DNA of 64,000 nt from an uncultured Gemmatimonadales bacterium (GCA_963716255.1 OY970303.1:7424001-7488000); one strand, 5' to 3'. Positions 1-9,733 are shown, numbered from the stretch's first letter. Made by a program: numbers and translations. Notes: generated from the sequence alone by a model not told the origin.

Positions 1-903
1 CGCAACGAGGGGCTCACCGGCCGGGGGCAGGGGGCCGCGCTCCCCATGCTGGGGGCGTCGTGGGTGGGCGAGCACGGCGACGCCACGCTCAAGCTGCGCG
101 GCGCCTACGGCAAGGGCATCCGCCCGCTGCGCACCGCCGCGCGCGAAGCGTCGTGGCCCGGCTTCCACGCGCGCTCCGCCGACGGCGATCTGGCCCCCGA
201 GGAGCAGTCCGGCGTGGAGGTGGGCGCCGACCTGCTGCTGGGGAGCGGGCTGGCCCTGCACCTCACCCGCTTCGACCAGCTCGCCTCCGGGCTGGTCCAG
301 CGGGTCCCCTACGAGCAGGCGCCCTCGGGGGTGTACGCCATGCGCCGCGAGGAGCGGATGGAGCCGCGCCGCATCGGCTACCGGCTGGAGAACGTGGGCC
401 AGATCACCAACCGCGGGTGGGAGGCCCAGGGCTCGGCGGAGCTGGGCCCCCTGGCGCTGGACGGGTCCTTTTCCCTGGTCGACAGCCGTGTGCGCCGGGT
501 GGCCGGGGGCTACACCGGCGAGCTGCGCCCCGGCGACCGCATGCTGGAGGTGCCGGCGCGCACGGCCAGCCTGACGGCGTCGTGGCTGGGCGGCGGCTGG
601 GCGGGGTCGGTGACGGCGTACCGCGCCTGGGACTGGATCAACTACGACTACCTGGCGCTCGCCCGCGACTCCGCCGACGCCTCGCACTCCTCGCAGGAGC
701 TGGTGGGCGCGAAGCTGCGCACCTACTGGCGCGAGTACCCGGGAATCACGCACCTGCGCGCCACGGCCGCGCGCGACGTGCGCCCCGGGCTGTCGCTGGT
801 GCTTTCCGGCGACAACCTGCTGGGCCGCCAGCTCGGCGAGCCCGACAACGTCACCGTGCTCCCCGGCCGCACGCTCACCCTGGGGCTTCGCGCCGAGTTC
901 TGA
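1..903 (+). CDS. TonB-dependent receptor, C-terminal part (5' truncated by window)
   Basis: Frame open from base 1. Beta-barrel-type motifs (DLAPEEQSGVEVG, NVGQITNRGWE, DNLLG, PGRTLTLGLRAEF) with terminal Phe. Confidence 0.85.
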   Translation, partial: RNEGLTGRGQGAALPMLGASWVGEHGDATLKLRGAYGKGIRPLRTAAREASWPGFHARSADGDLAPEEQSGVEVGADLLLGSGLALHLTRFDQLASGLVQRVPYEQAPSGVYAMRREERMEPRRIGYRLENVGQITNRGWEAQGSAELGPLALDGSFSLVDSRVRRVAGGYTGELRPGDRMLEVPARTASLTASWLGGGWAGSVTAYRAWDWINYDYLALARDSADASHSSQELVGAKLRTYWREYPGITHLRATAARDVRPGLSLVLSGDNLLGRQLGEPDNVTVLPGRTLTLGLRAEF

Positions 904-1049
904 GCCGATCGCCGCCCCCTGTTTGGAAGCCGCCCCGCCCGGACCGTTGCCGCGCGGGGCGGCGCCGTTTCCGCCCGCGCCGCTTCCGCCTGGCCCGGTT
1001 CTTGTCTGGGGGCGTGCGACCTCGGAAGGATCAACCAGGGCGGGGAACG

Positions 1050-3137
1050 ATGGAAGACACAGGGCAGACGGGGGGAGAGCCGACCCGGCCGGACCGGCCG
1101 CGCGGTGGCGCCGGCGTGTTCACGGGGGCGGGGGAGATGGCGGCGCGGTGCCGGGCAACCGACTGGGCGGCCACCCCGCTGGGCCCGGTGGAGGGGTGGC
1201 CCGACGCCCTGCGCTTCGCGGTCCGCACCTGCCTGGAGTCGCCATTCCCCATCAACCTGTGGTGCGGCCCCGAGCTGGTGCTCATCTACAACGACGGCTA
1301 CCGCCACGTCCTGGGGCAGAAGCACCCCGCCGCGCTGGGCCGCCCCGGCCCCCGGGTGTGGGCCGAGATCTGGCCCGAGATCGAGCCCATGTTCCGGGAG
1401 ATCCGCGCGGGCGGGCCCCCGGTCTACGCCGACGACGCCCCGTTCGTGGTGGAGCGCCCCGCCGGCCACCCCGCCGCCGGCCGCCCGGACGGCCCCAACG
1501 CCTGGTACACCTTCGCGCTCAGCCCCGTGCGCGACGAGGAGGGCGCCGTCGTCGCCTTCCTCAACATCGTTTCCGAGACCACCGGCCGCATCCTGGCCGA
1601 GCGCGCCACCGACGCCGCCCGCGCCGCCGCCCAGGCCGCCGAAGCCCGGCTCCGCGACGTGTTCGCGCAGGCCCCGTCGTTCATGGCCGTGCTGCGCGGG
1701 CCCGAGCACGTCTTCGAGTTCGTCAACGAAGCCTACTACACCCTGGTGGGGCGCCGCGAGCTGCTGGGGCGCCCCGTCCTGGAAGCCCTCCCCGAGGTGC
1801 GCGGCCAGGGCTTCGACCGGCTCCTGGACCGCGTCCTGGAGACCGGCGAGCCCTTCGTGGGGGCGGAGGTGCGCTTCCTGGTGCAGCCCACGCCCGACGC
1901 CGAGCCCGGGGAGCGCTTCCTGGACTTCGTCTACTACCCCATCACCGAGGCCGACGGCACCCGCTCCGGCGTGGTCGCCCACGGCTCCGACGTCACCGGG
2001 AGCGTCCGCTCCCGCCGCGAGGTGGAGACCCAGCGCTCCCGCCTGGAGCAGATCTTCACCGAGGCCCCCGCCGTGATGGCGCTGTACTCCGGCCCCGACC
2101 ACGTGGTCACCCTGGTGAACCCCACCTGGGAGCGCTCGGTGGGGAAGCCCGGCGCCGTGGGGAAGCCGTTCCGCGAAGTGTTCCCGGAGTTCGCCGGCAC
2201 CGGGCTCTTCGAGATGCTGGACCGGGTGTACCGCACCGGCGAGCCCTTCGTGGACCCCGAGGTCAACGTCCCCCTGGAGCGCTGGGGGAGCGGCGTGCTG
2301 GAGGACACCTACTGGCACCTGGTGTGGCGTCCGCTGGCCGGCCCCGACCCCGAGCGGCGCGACATCCTGGTGCACGCCGTGGAGGTGACCGCCCAGGTCC
2401 TGGCGCGCCGTGAGGTGGAGCAGAAGGCCGAGGAGCTGGCCCGGCTGGCCGCCGCGCTGGAGGTCAGCAACCGCGAGCTGGACCAGTTCGCCTACGTGGC
2501 CTCGCACGACCTGCGTACCCCGCTGCGCGGCATCTCCAACCTGTCGCAGTGGATCGAGGACGACCTGGAAGACCGCTTCACCGACTCCGCGCGCGAGCAC
2601 ATGCGCCTGCTGCGCAGCCGCGTGGAGCGGCTGGACGGGCTGATCGACGGGATCCTGCGCTACTCCCGCGCCGGGCGCGTGGGCGAGCGCCCCGAGCGGG
2701 TGGACGTGGAGGCGCTGGCGCACGAGGTGGTGGACCTGCTGGCCCCCCCGCCCGAGGTGGAGGTGCGCGTGCTCCCCGGGCTCCCCGTGCTCCTCACCGA
2801 GCGGCTCCCGCTCCAGCAGGTGCTCCTCAACCTGGTGGGCAACGCCGTCAAGTACCGCGGCGGCGAGGCGCCGTGGGTGGAGGTCGCCGCCGAGCGGCGG
2901 GACGGCGGCTGGGAGTTCCGCGTCAGCGACAACGGCCGCGGCATCGCCCCCGAGTACCACGAGCGCATCTTCGGGATCTTCCAGACGCTCCACGCCCGCG
3001 ACGAAGTGGAGGGGGCGGGGATCGGGCTGTCCATCGTCAAGAAGGCGGTGGAGAGCCGGGGCGGCCGCGTGAGCGTGGAGTCCGGGGACGGGCAGGGCGC
3101 CACCTTCCGGTTCCTCTGGCCCGCGGCGGAAGTGTGA
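1050..3137 (+). CDS. Multi-PAS sensor histidine kinase
   Basis: ATG at 1050. TDWAATPLGPVEGWP N-terminal PAS-like segment, further PAS repeats, H-box ASHDLRTPL, N-box NLVGNAVKY, DNGRG and GAGIGL boxes. Confidence 0.9.
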   Translation: MEDTGQTGGEPTRPDRPRGGAGVFTGAGEMAARCRATDWAATPLGPVEGWPDALRFAVRTCLESPFPINLWCGPELVLIYNDGYRHVLGQKHPAALGRPGPRVWAEIWPEIEPMFREIRAGGPPVYADDAPFVVERPAGHPAAGRPDGPNAWYTFALSPVRDEEGAVVAFLNIVSETTGRILAERATDAARAAAQAAEARLRDVFAQAPSFMAVLRGPEHVFEFVNEAYYTLVGRRELLGRPVLEALPEVRGQGFDRLLDRVLETGEPFVGAEVRFLVQPTPDAEPGERFLDFVYYPITEADGTRSGVVAHGSDVTGSVRSRREVETQRSRLEQIFTEAPAVMALYSGPDHVVTLVNPTWERSVGKPGAVGKPFREVFPEFAGTGLFEMLDRVYRTGEPFVDPEVNVPLERWGSGVLEDTYWHLVWRPLAGPDPERRDILVHAVEVTAQVLARREVEQKAEELARLAAALEVSNRELDQFAYVASHDLRTPLRGISNLSQWIEDDLEDRFTDSAREHMRLLRSRVERLDGLIDGILRYSRAGRVGERPERVDVEALAHEVVDLLAPPPEVEVRVLPGLPVLLTERLPLQQVLLNLVGNAVKYRGGEAPWVEVAAERRDGGWEFRVSDNGRGIAPEYHERIFGIFQTLHARDEVEGAGIGLSIVKKAVESRGGRVSVESGDGQGATFRFLWPAAEV

Positions 3138-3220
3138 CGGCGGCGGCCGGGGGCGGGGCGCCGCTGCGGGTGCTGGTGGGGGAGGGGGGTGGCGACGGAA
3201 CGGCATGGAACGTCTTGGAA

Positions 3221-3359
3221 CGGCGGTTCGGGCGTGCCCCCGGCTGGCGCCGGGGTCGGGCTTCGGCTCCGTAGCAGACGAAACGACCGTCTGCAACGGA
3301 GTCGAGCCCCCGCGAAACTGCCCGCGGGGTCTCGCCCCTCCGGGCCGAAATCCCTCACG
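3221..3359 (+). repeat. ~140-bp structured intergenic repeat, family R1, copy 1
   Basis: cggcggttcgggcgtgcccccggctggcgccggggtcgggcttcggctccgt...aaatccctcacg recurs at several other sites in the window. Confidence 0.9.
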
Positions 3360-3453
3360 TGGCATCGCGCTGGCGGATCCCCGGCACCCGTGATGCGGTA
3401 CTCACCCCACGAGCCCGCAGCCGCGCCACGACATCCCGAGCGACCGACCGCCC

Positions 3454-4125
3454 ATGCGCCGCACCACGACCGCCGCCGCCCTCCTCGCCCTCGCCGCCAC
3501 CCTCGGCGGGTGCGGCCTGGGGTGCGAGGACGTCAACCGCATCCACGCCGCCACCGCGGCCGGCTTCGGCGTCACCGCGACGGACGCCGCCGGCACCACC
3601 GCGGCCATGCTGTACGGCACCGCGGACTACACGCAGCAGGAGACCGGGTCGATCCCGGACTTCGACGAGGTGTTCGCCGTGCTGGCCCGCAACTCGGGCG
3701 ACGGCCGCAACCTCCAGTTCACCCTGGTCGGCTTCGAGACCGTCCCCGGCGACCGCATCGTGCTGGTGCTGTCCATCCCCACCCGCGCGCAGCAGGGCGA
3801 CCGCTTCCGCGTGGCCGGCGCCTTCGCTCCGCCGGCGCCGTGGATGGACGAGTGGACCTTCCGCCGCGCGGTGGCCCCTGGCGACGTGGAGATCGCGTTC
3901 GCGCGCACCCGCGCCACCATCCCCAACCCGCCCTACCACTACGCCCCGGTCTACACCGCCACCCGCGCCACCGGCACCGTCCAGGTGCTCCGGCGCGAGC
4001 GCGGCCACCTGGACCTCCAGGTAGAAATCGTGGCCACAGACGACGCCGGGCGCGGCTACCGCATCGCCGGGACGATGGGCGTGGCCGCCGCCAGGGAGGG
4101 CGAGGCCTGCTTCAGCCTGTCCTGA
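3454..4125 (+). CDS. Hypothetical lipoprotein
   Basis: Signal peptide ending LGGC, host-like codon usage, no recognised family. Confidence 0.7.
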   Translation: MRRTTTAAALLALAATLGGCGLGCEDVNRIHAATAAGFGVTATDAAGTTAAMLYGTADYTQQETGSIPDFDEVFAVLARNSGDGRNLQFTLVGFETVPGDRIVLVLSIPTRAQQGDRFRVAGAFAPPAPWMDEWTFRRAVAPGDVEIAFARTRATIPNPPYHYAPVYTATRATGTVQVLRRERGHLDLQVEIVATDDAGRGYRIAGTMGVAAAREGEACFSLS

Positions 4126-4284
4126 CACGGCGGGATCCGTCTGACCTCGTGCGGCCACCCTGCGGACGGCGCCGCCATCCTCGGGTGCGGCGGCAGGAGT
4201 CACTTCGCAGCCGCGTCCCATGCGGAAAGGATGCGCCCGGACTGGCAGGGGAGGTGTGCTGTCTCGCGCGTCCAGCGGACGGAG

Positions 4285-4482
4285 GTGCAACTGAAGAGGA
4301 GGGCAGAGAACGCCCGCTTTGGGGTTGGAGTGGCGATCCGGCGGCGCGCGGCGAGGTCCGAAAGCATACCCGGGATCACTTCCGCGCTTGTCGTGGAAGT
4401 GCGCGAAGCGGCGGATCCGGGCGGCCTACGCCTGCCCGGTTCCCAGGCCCAGGTGCCGGAGGCGCGCGGCTTCGCGGAACTG
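4285..4482 (-). pseudogene. intI: Degenerate 5' remnant of integron integrase
   Basis: Minus strand reads QFREAARLRHLGLGTGQA*AARIRRFAHFHDKR, then after a frameshift AEVIPGMLSDLAARRRIATPTPKRAFSALLF. This follows the IntI N-terminal pattern (R.AIRLRHYS.RTE.AY..WIRRFI.FH.KRHP...EV..FL..LA..R.VA.STQNQA.SALLF). Divergent from attI. Confidence 0.75.
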
Positions 4483-4629
4483 GGTTCGTCGCCCGGGTGA
4501 GCTCATCCGCCTTGCGAAGAGGGTGTGGCGAGCCACAGATTTCGTCCGGATGCGAGTTGTCCGGCTTCTGCAGGGTAAGCACCAGGCATCAGGGAGGTTG
4601 GCGGACGCCCGAACGCGTAACTACGGCGG

Positions 4630-4667
4630 GTTAGATGGAAATCTGGCTACTTAATACATAGTTAGGC
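4630..4667 (+). other. Putative attI site
   Basis: L box ACTTAAT (4649-4655), 5-bp spacer ACATA, R box GTTAGGC (4661-4667), plus an extra GTTAGAT at 4630-4636. Lies between the intI remnant and the first cassette. Confidence 0.75.
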
Positions 4668-4716
4668 CGCAATACGTAAACCACCACTAAATACTTCTAT
4701 CGCGGAGATTTGGACC

Positions 4717-5202
4717 ATGGATCTAGCAACTGCATCGGCGGTAATCACCACGGCAACGTCAGCAGTGACTCTGTTCGATAAGGTGGCGGGACAGGTCGTG
4801 CGCTTCATCAATAAGTCTCCAGAGCCGGTGGGCCCTCCGAAAGAATTCGACTATAAAGCCACCGGAGCGGGCGGCGAACTCAAGGTCGAAGCGCGTGGGA
4901 CCACAATTCAAGTTATCCGTGGTGAGGATCTCAAGAATCTCCCCGCCGAGTACAATGAACATATTAGGGTGCTCGAAGACTCTGTAAGGCGCTATTACGA
5001 CGTCTGGAAACAGGTTTATCCGCATCGGGACGATGGTAGCTTGGTAGAGAATGCTAAGATCAATAATCAACTTCGCGATCTAGCCTTTAAGATGAAGGAT
5101 GATCTTGCAGGCATTATCGATTTCCTACAGAGCATCGGGGTAGCCCTTGATGACCACTATATCATCTACCGTGATGTTATTCGGCGTTATTCGGGCGAGT
5201 AG
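4717..5202 (+). CDS. Gene cassette 1: hypothetical 161-aa protein
   Basis: Lower-GC ORF with GGAG RBS, bounded by attI and attC1. Family not recognised. Confidence 0.8.
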   Translation: MDLATASAVITTATSAVTLFDKVAGQVVRFINKSPEPVGPPKEFDYKATGAGGELKVEARGTTIQVIRGEDLKNLPAEYNEHIRVLEDSVRRYYDVWKQVYPHRDDGSLVENAKINNQLRDLAFKMKDDLAGIIDFLQSIGVALDDHYIIYRDVIRRYSGE

Positions 5203-5240
5203 CGCGTAAGAGAGCCGCACGACATCTCAAGTGGCGTGCG

Positions 5241-5340
5241 GCCTAATAATCGGCTGCAGTGGATGCGGGCCTGGCATGTTTTCAGCCGAACGAAAGTCTT
5301 GCGCGACGGCCCCGCACCACTGACCCTTGAGTCGTTAGGC
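5241..5340 (+). other. attC1 (100 bp)
   Basis: R'' GCCTAAT to R' GTTAGGC, inner arms cagtggatgcgggcc / ggccccgcaccactg. tgcggcctaat is complementary (one mismatch) to the cassette start gttaggccgca. Confidence 0.88.
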
Positions 5341-5420
5341 CGCACACATCTACGCCTGCCGTCGTACCCGCTGCCGCTCCGAATCTACCAACAGCCTGCC
5401 AAATGGGGAGGACTCCGCCA

Positions 5421-8400
5421 ATGACCGCGCTTCCAGCAGCCTTTGCTTCACAACTCCCGCAGGAACTGGCTGCCCGCTTGTTGCTATATCCAGGCAACCC
5501 AAGCGCACTAAGTCGGCTGTGCGACTATTTTCTCGCTCAGCCTCATAGGCGACCAATCGCTCTCGTCGGCGCCGGCGCCTCAGCGCCGCTCCCCGGTTGG
5601 CAAGCCCTACTCTCGTCGCTTGGTCAACTGGCAGTTGATAGAGGGACTGCAACGCAACTTGAGATCGACGTGCTTCTTCGCACCGCCATCGACGACCCAT
5701 TGAAGGCCGCTGGAGAACTGTTTCGACTATTTGGGGACCGCAGACTGGCTCTCGCAGAGATTCGCCGCATATTTACATTACCAGACGGGCAGCCGCTTCA
5801 ATTGCATAGAGCCATTCTGAAGCTTCCGCTCAAGGGTTTGACAACCACAAACTACGACCTGGGACTCGCCTACGCATGGCGTGAAGAGCACTCCTTCGAT
5901 GAGGCCGGTGTCTCCGTGGGAACACACGCAATGCAGGACACTGTAAAGCAGTGGTTGGACCGTAGTATTTTCGATTCATTCACATCACCTATATTGCATC
6001 TGCATGGCTCAATTGATCAGCCGGCGGGCATGATACTCGATGATGAATCATACTCAAACCTGTATGGTCGGCGGAAGCAGCCGAATCCCTACGTTCGACT
6101 CATTGAAGACTTATGGCTACACAATACCTTGCTCTTGATTGGATTTAGCGGAAACGATCCCTTGCTCAGAAAGCTTGCCAAAGAGACCCTCTCCGGCTTT
6201 CAATGGGCCGGCACAACTCCTCAGCACATTGCCATCCTGCCGCTCGAACCTGATCGTCGCTCCCTTGTTCCTACAATTCGCAAGGAGTTCTACCGTGATT
6301 TCCGTGCAGATGTAGTGTTCTTCGATCCCAGCAGCCGCACTCCGGCGGGTCGGCGATTCGAAGACCTATCCGACTTGATTCTCGCACTTGCTCGCGCCTT
6401 CCCCAATTCGTCAGAGCTACTGCGAAGAGAAAAACTGTCAACAGACGAGCAGGTCTTCAAAAGAGCGGTGATATCCAGAACAAGGAACTATCTGCAAGAG
6501 CGAATTCCTAGGGCCAAACTCGTGGACTCGACGACGCGAACTCAAGACACAGTCTGGATTCCTCGTATACGCCCCGCAGCCAGTGAGGAGCAAACAGGGC
6601 CGCTGTCCGTTGATGTCACAACGATCTGCGCCGGTCCAGGCGCTGGAAAGTCCGTTCTCTCTCGCCTCCTAGCTCTATCTCTAATCGAAAATGATTCGGA
6701 CTCGCAGCTGGTTCGCGCTCTTCCGCAGTGGATTACAGATAGACGTTTGCCGCTCTTGATTGATCTGAAGAGGTTCGCAAACGATCTTCTAATAGGCCCC
6801 GAGAAACCATCCGAAGCAATTAGGCGGATCATCATCAGCGCATGGGGGCAGTCCGCTCAGATACTTCTTGACGGTCAAGTTTTTCATGCGAAAGGCATAC
6901 TAATACTTGACGCTCTAGAGGCATTGCTGTGGTCCTCAAGATCGATCTTTGGCGCCACGGATAATCCCGTCGTGGATGCAGATGACGTTTGTCGAAAAGT
7001 ACTAGTTGAGCTTCTGAAGTACTTCTCGGACGTTCCAGTTGTGATCCTTGCGCGACCGTTCGCCGGCGACTGGCTTCGAAACAGAGGTGTGCTACTATCG
7101 CGTCGATTCGAATTGGAGCCACTGACTTCCGACGACATCAAGGCAATATCAGAGTCCCACGTGGCGGGCGCGATATTGAATGGAGGAGGTGCCCCGAATG
7201 TGGGTCATGGATTGGGCTCAGTCGCGGCTCCCGCATTGACCCGCATTGCCACAACCCCGATGCTTGTGAAGCTCGCCGCCCAATCGCGCACCGATGCGCT
7301 TCCCAATAGCCACTTGACTGCACATCGCATGATCTCGGGATTCTTCGATCACGTGTTGCATCGAGGACTCCTGGATGAGGATGAAGCACCACCCCTACCC
7401 AACGCTACTCTAAGGGATTTGGCTAGATTGTTGGCGTTCCGAATTGCGGAGAAAGGTTCAACGGGACTGACGCGCGCGGAAGTACTAGATTGTGGAACTA
7501 CCTTCTCGATCGATGCAGAGGAAGCTCTCCTGGCATGCAAATGGCTGGAGAGCCGCACCGATCTGGTCGCCGTTGATGCAGACGGCGGTTTAAGCTTTTC
7601 GCATGATTGGTATCAAGAAACGCTTGCGGCTGAATGGATATCCCAACGATTCTCCGCCGAAGAAATGATCTCAGTGGCCGAGTCGCAACGACTGCACGAG
7701 ACTATGAAGTATGCGATCAGCTTCTCCAACTCCTACGTAGCTAGCAAGGTGGTCGAAGGCCTCCTATCTGTAGGGCGAACCCGCCTCGCATTGGGCGCCC
7801 TTGATTGGGCCTGGGACAAGCTTACTCCAAGAGACAAACAGCATCTTGAACCGACGCTGCTTGGCGCACGGTCCGATGAAAGTACCGACTGCGTTCTGAT
7901 GGCCGATTTCGCCGCTCGGCACGACGAACCCCTTACGGACACCCTGATACTCAAGTGGACGCTCCCGATACAGTGCCTAAGGACTGAGGATGCGATTGAA
8001 GCGCATAAAACATTGTCGTATGACGATAGTGAAGAGTTTGCCGACTGGCTTAGAGGATTTGCACGGCTTGCGGCGAACGCAAATACTCTGACGATTGATT
8101 CGAGCCGCATCGATGAAGCCATTCTTGCGCTACGCTTCAGTAACGACGTGGATTCGCCAAGCGGCGGAGTGTGGTCTAGCGCGAGTATTATTTGTCGCAC
8201 AATCGATGGCGGCCTATCGAATCTGACTGCCTTCGTGGAACTTTTTCAGTCGATAGTATCGAACACCAGCCCGGGAACCCTAAGCAGACTTGCACAGTGC
8301 GCAGCCAAGGCAGCGTCAGATCACCCTCAACAGGCCCTCGCTGCTGTCGCCCTTTGCGTTGAACGGCTCCAAAGCAACGCCAGAACTGAATTTATTCCAA

Positions 8401-8972
8401 GTGAGGCCGAAAGACTCATCGACATTGTTGAGCTGCTCCCTGTCAGCGAGTCACCAGCCTTTCAACTTGGCCTTTGCAATTCTCTCTTCGATCTGCTTTC
8501 AAGGTCGCGCAAAGCCTCGCTTAGGCGCCGCGTCCTTGCGCTACGCTCAAGGACGTTGGATTCACTCTCGGAGCACCTCGGCTCATGCGATTGGATTTGG
8601 AGGCCAGAAGCGTCCCGGCCTCCTAGGGCGACGCTACTGGCAATGGCAAGGGATGCGCTCTCAAGGGAGGCTACATCCCCGCCAAAGCTTGCGCGGTCGA
8701 AATCATCTCGGCGACGAAACCTACTTGACAGGTACATTGCTTCGTCCGGCCACCTCATTCATAAACTCAAGGCCAAGGACACGACAGGGAGATGGGCGTA
8801 TTACTTCGTGCTCGTAACCACCGGTCACGAACAGCGCTTCTTGAAGGCAATTGAGGGTGATGGCACCATTAATCTCGAAGATTACGGAAAGGTTGTCGCT
8901 TCCTGCTATGGTGAGGAGCCAAACGCGGAGCTCAAAGACTACTTGCTCGAAAAGTATGGATTTCATGTTTAG
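5421..8972 (+). CDS. Gene cassette 2: SIR2-like domain fused to NACHT/STAND NTPase, probable anti-phage NLR-like protein
   Basis: SIR2 motifs LVGAGAS, TTNYD, LHLHGS and LLIGFS. Walker A GPGAGKS, Walker B LILDALE, winged-helix-like FSHDWYQETLAA. GGAGG RBS before ATG 5421; alternative start 5403. Confidence 0.85.
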   Translation: MTALPAAFASQLPQELAARLLLYPGNPSALSRLCDYFLAQPHRRPIALVGAGASAPLPGWQALLSSLGQLAVDRGTATQLEIDVLLRTAIDDPLKAAGELFRLFGDRRLALAEIRRIFTLPDGQPLQLHRAILKLPLKGLTTTNYDLGLAYAWREEHSFDEAGVSVGTHAMQDTVKQWLDRSIFDSFTSPILHLHGSIDQPAGMILDDESYSNLYGRRKQPNPYVRLIEDLWLHNTLLLIGFSGNDPLLRKLAKETLSGFQWAGTTPQHIAILPLEPDRRSLVPTIRKEFYRDFRADVVFFDPSSRTPAGRRFEDLSDLILALARAFPNSSELLRREKLSTDEQVFKRAVISRTRNYLQERIPRAKLVDSTTRTQDTVWIPRIRPAASEEQTGPLSVDVTTICAGPGAGKSVLSRLLALSLIENDSDSQLVRALPQWITDRRLPLLIDLKRFANDLLIGPEKPSEAIRRIIISAWGQSAQILLDGQVFHAKGILILDALEALLWSSRSIFGATDNPVVDADDVCRKVLVELLKYFSDVPVVILARPFAGDWLRNRGVLLSRRFELEPLTSDDIKAISESHVAGAILNGGGAPNVGHGLGSVAAPALTRIATTPMLVKLAAQSRTDALPNSHLTAHRMISGFFDHVLHRGLLDEDEAPPLPNATLRDLARLLAFRIAEKGSTGLTRAEVLDCGTTFSIDAEEALLACKWLESRTDLVAVDADGGLSFSHDWYQETLAAEWISQRFSAEEMISVAESQRLHETMKYAISFSNSYVASKVVEGLLSVGRTRLALGALDWAWDKLTPRDKQHLEPTLLGARSDESTDCVLMADFAARHDEPLTDTLILKWTLPIQCLRTEDAIEAHKTLSYDDSEEFADWLRGFARLAANANTLTIDSSRIDEAILALRFSNDVDSPSGGVWSSASIICRTIDGGLSNLTAFVELFQSIVSNTSPGTLSRLAQCAAKAASDHPQQALAAVALCVERLQSNARTEFIPSEAERLIDIVELLPVSESPAFQLGLCNSLFDLLSRSRKASLRRRVLALRSRTLDSLSEHLGSCDWIWRPEASRPPRATLLAMARDALSREATSPPKLARSKSSRRRNLLDRYIASSGHLIHKLKAKDTTGRWAYYFVLVTTGHEQRFLKAIEGDGTINLEDYGKVVASCYGEEPNAELKDYLLEKYGFHV

Positions 8973-8994
8973 AGCAGTGATTTCGCGCAGTGCG

Positions 8995-9124
8995 GCCTAA
9001 CAGGTCGTTCAACCGGACGCGCTACGGCACCCGTCGCTTGGCCGCTCCAGGCCATCGTTGGGAATTGTCCTTCCGCGGCCAAGCCGCCGGCTGCCTCCGC
9101 GCGCCGCTTAACTCTGCGTTAGGC
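8995..9124 (+). other. attC2 (130 bp)
   Basis: R'' GCCTAAC to R' GTTAGGC, arms ttcaaccggacgcgc / gcgcgccgcttaa. gtgcggcctaac is the exact 12-bp reverse complement of the cassette-2 start gttaggccgcac. Confidence 0.92.
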
Positions 9125-9239
9125 CGCTGGACAAACGTCGCGGTAGTGTGGCCGATGCGGCTCGTACGGCGGCCTTCGTACGGTACTTACTCCCTCTCGT
9201 ATACGTACCCTAACCTCACCTTTACCTCTGGAGGACATC

Positions 9240-9707
9240 ATGCACGACGCGACCAGTGACAGCGCGATGGCTGGCCCCGAAGTAACTATCTCCGTGGATT
9301 TGGCTGCGGTTGTCCGGAAGGCGGAAAACGGCTTCTTCTCCAATCTCCCCGAAGCCGAGGCGATTGAATCCGCGGGTCGCTATCTCAAGTTTCTCACGCT
9401 TATCAAGCGATATCCGTATACTTCTCTTGCACCGACGCACGACATCGACGAGATGTGGCATGCGCATATGCTCCGTCCCGTTGCGTACTACCGCGACTGT
9501 ATCGCTAACTTTGGTGGGATCATCGATCATGACGGAGGTTTTGGCGCAGAGGAGCACGAGGTTCCGGTGCTCGCCGCAACGTTCCAGCACACCGCCGAGT
9601 TGTGGGAGAAGGAGTTTGGCGAGCCATACACGGCGAATGACTCACGCGGGGTTAAGTGCAAGCGCGATTGTGTCAACCGTTGCTGGCACGCCTGCAAGAG
9701 CAAGTAG
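9240..9707 (+). CDS. Gene cassette 3: GRDP/DUF1399-like protein with Cys-rich tail
   Basis: RYLKFL...PTHDIDEMWHAHML.P..Y..DC...FGGIIDHD resembles the glycine-rich-domain-protein family. GGAGG RBS. Tail CKRDCVNRCWHAC. Confidence 0.75.
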   Translation: MHDATSDSAMAGPEVTISVDLAAVVRKAENGFFSNLPEAEAIESAGRYLKFLTLIKRYPYTSLAPTHDIDEMWHAHMLRPVAYYRDCIANFGGIIDHDGGFGAEEHEVPVLAATFQHTAELWEKEFGEPYTANDSRGVKCKRDCVNRCWHACKSK

Positions 9708-9733
9708 GTCTCAACACGTCTCGCACGAAGGCG

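Noticed and set aside
60..1049. N-terminal 330 aa of the 1025-aa kinase ORF
   Set aside because: Overlaps the TonB receptor in another frame and is low-complexity. The kinase plausibly starts at 1050.
4130..4284. Possible continuation of the intI remnant (GTRLR, VRRVAARGQTD fragments)
   Set aside because: Similarity to the integrase box I region is too weak to support by eye.
5236..5424. ORF MRPNNRLQ... (and the similar MRPNRSFN... at 8990-9259)
   Set aside because: These are translations of attC sites, a common false gene call.
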